This document shows positions 63,516 through 64,000 of a DNA stretch of 64,000 nt, piece after piece. Origin of the DNA: Nostoc sp. (GTDB lineage Bacteria; Cyanobacteriota; Cyanobacteriia; Cyanobacteriales; Nostocaceae); NCBI GenBank assembly GCA_036918135.1, contig JBALDB010000020.1, forward strand, positions 64,001-128,000, written 5' to 3'. Every line of letters starts with the position of its first letter. Within the stretch, counting starts at the first letter, position 1. A model generated the notes under the pieces. The model searched no databases and was not told the origin of the DNA. It saw only the letters and a list, made by a program, of their open reading frames with translations. Both the position numbers and the translations under genes were made by a program.

Positions 63516-63600
63516 CAATAAATTTGTTGGGCATCTTGTTCGCACTGGACGGGCTAGATGCCCATCTTAGATAGGTGATGAGGGGTTTTCTATATATCTG

Positions 63601-64000
63601 TTAACTTCTTTGAAAACCCTTTGCTGACTTTTGTTGTCCCTTACTTTTCGGCTTAGATTTATTAACTTCTGCTAATGCTTCTTGAAATAAGTTGTGTAGA
63701 TGTATCGGCACACTGGCAATTTCCGGTAACTCTGGTTCAAGAGGTTTGTTGAATTCTTGCAAAAGTGCGTCCAAGTCACTTTCAAGGCGAAACTCTGGAC
63801 GTTGCAGATATTTTTGCAATACCTTTTCTAATTGAGTTGGATACTGTTGTGCTAATCTATGCCAAATAAAGGCATTAATACTTTTGTCTTCAAGGTAGTA
63901 GCGAATTAGTTTTTCACCACCTTCAATACTTTGCCAATCCTCTGCCAATAAAATTGTTTGTACCTTAGTATACGTTGGTAAAAACATTTGTCCCCAACGA
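63601..64000 (-). CDS. Hypothetical protein, C-terminal part (5' end beyond window)
   Basis: Frame open to window edge; ends ..PEIASVPIHLHNLFQEAL...KGFQRS. Confidence 0.65.
   Translation of the reverse strand, partial: RWGQMFLPTYTKVQTILLAEDWQSIEGGEKLIRYYLEDKSINAFIWHRLAQQYPTQLEKVLQKYLQRPEFRLESDLDALLQEFNKPLEPELPEIASVPIHLHNLFQEALAEVNKSKPKSKGQQKSAKGFQRS

Overview
Chromosomal window from a cyanobacterium, probably heterocystous Nostocales. This is inferred from abundant HIP1 GCGATCGC sites, heptamer STRR repeats and petG/cytM. The main feature is a scytonemin (UV-A sunscreen) cluster on the minus strand (~27.2-51.5 kb): scyA-F, glycosyltransferase, tyrA, dsbA/frnE, aroB-like cyclase, trpE(G), trpC, trpA, tyrosinase, trpB, trpD and aroG. 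Its divergent PAS histidine kinase and AraC response regulator lie at 53.4-56.4 kb. The cluster departs from the Nostoc punctiforme order as I recall it: an extra MDR (quinone reductase-like) gene and a 12 x 21-bp heptad repeat sit between trpC and trpA. No eboABCEF genes are present in the window. The best new signal is a ~40-bp cis-element found twice upstream of scyA and once upstream of trpE. Two copies lie at identical spacing from a TAnnnT -10 box, making it a candidate operator of the scytonemin regulator. The left end (1.8-11.7 kb) is a GC-richer, partly decayed oxidoreductase island (AKR, two SDRs, fused pseudogenes, PEBP, SnoaL, PaoABC-like). Also present are an RTX protein, a TerB_C plus DUF2791 ATPase pair, housekeeping genes and several miniature inverted-repeat families. 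I recognised no rRNA, tRNA, CRISPR array or transposase. All family assignments come from motif recognition, not database searches.
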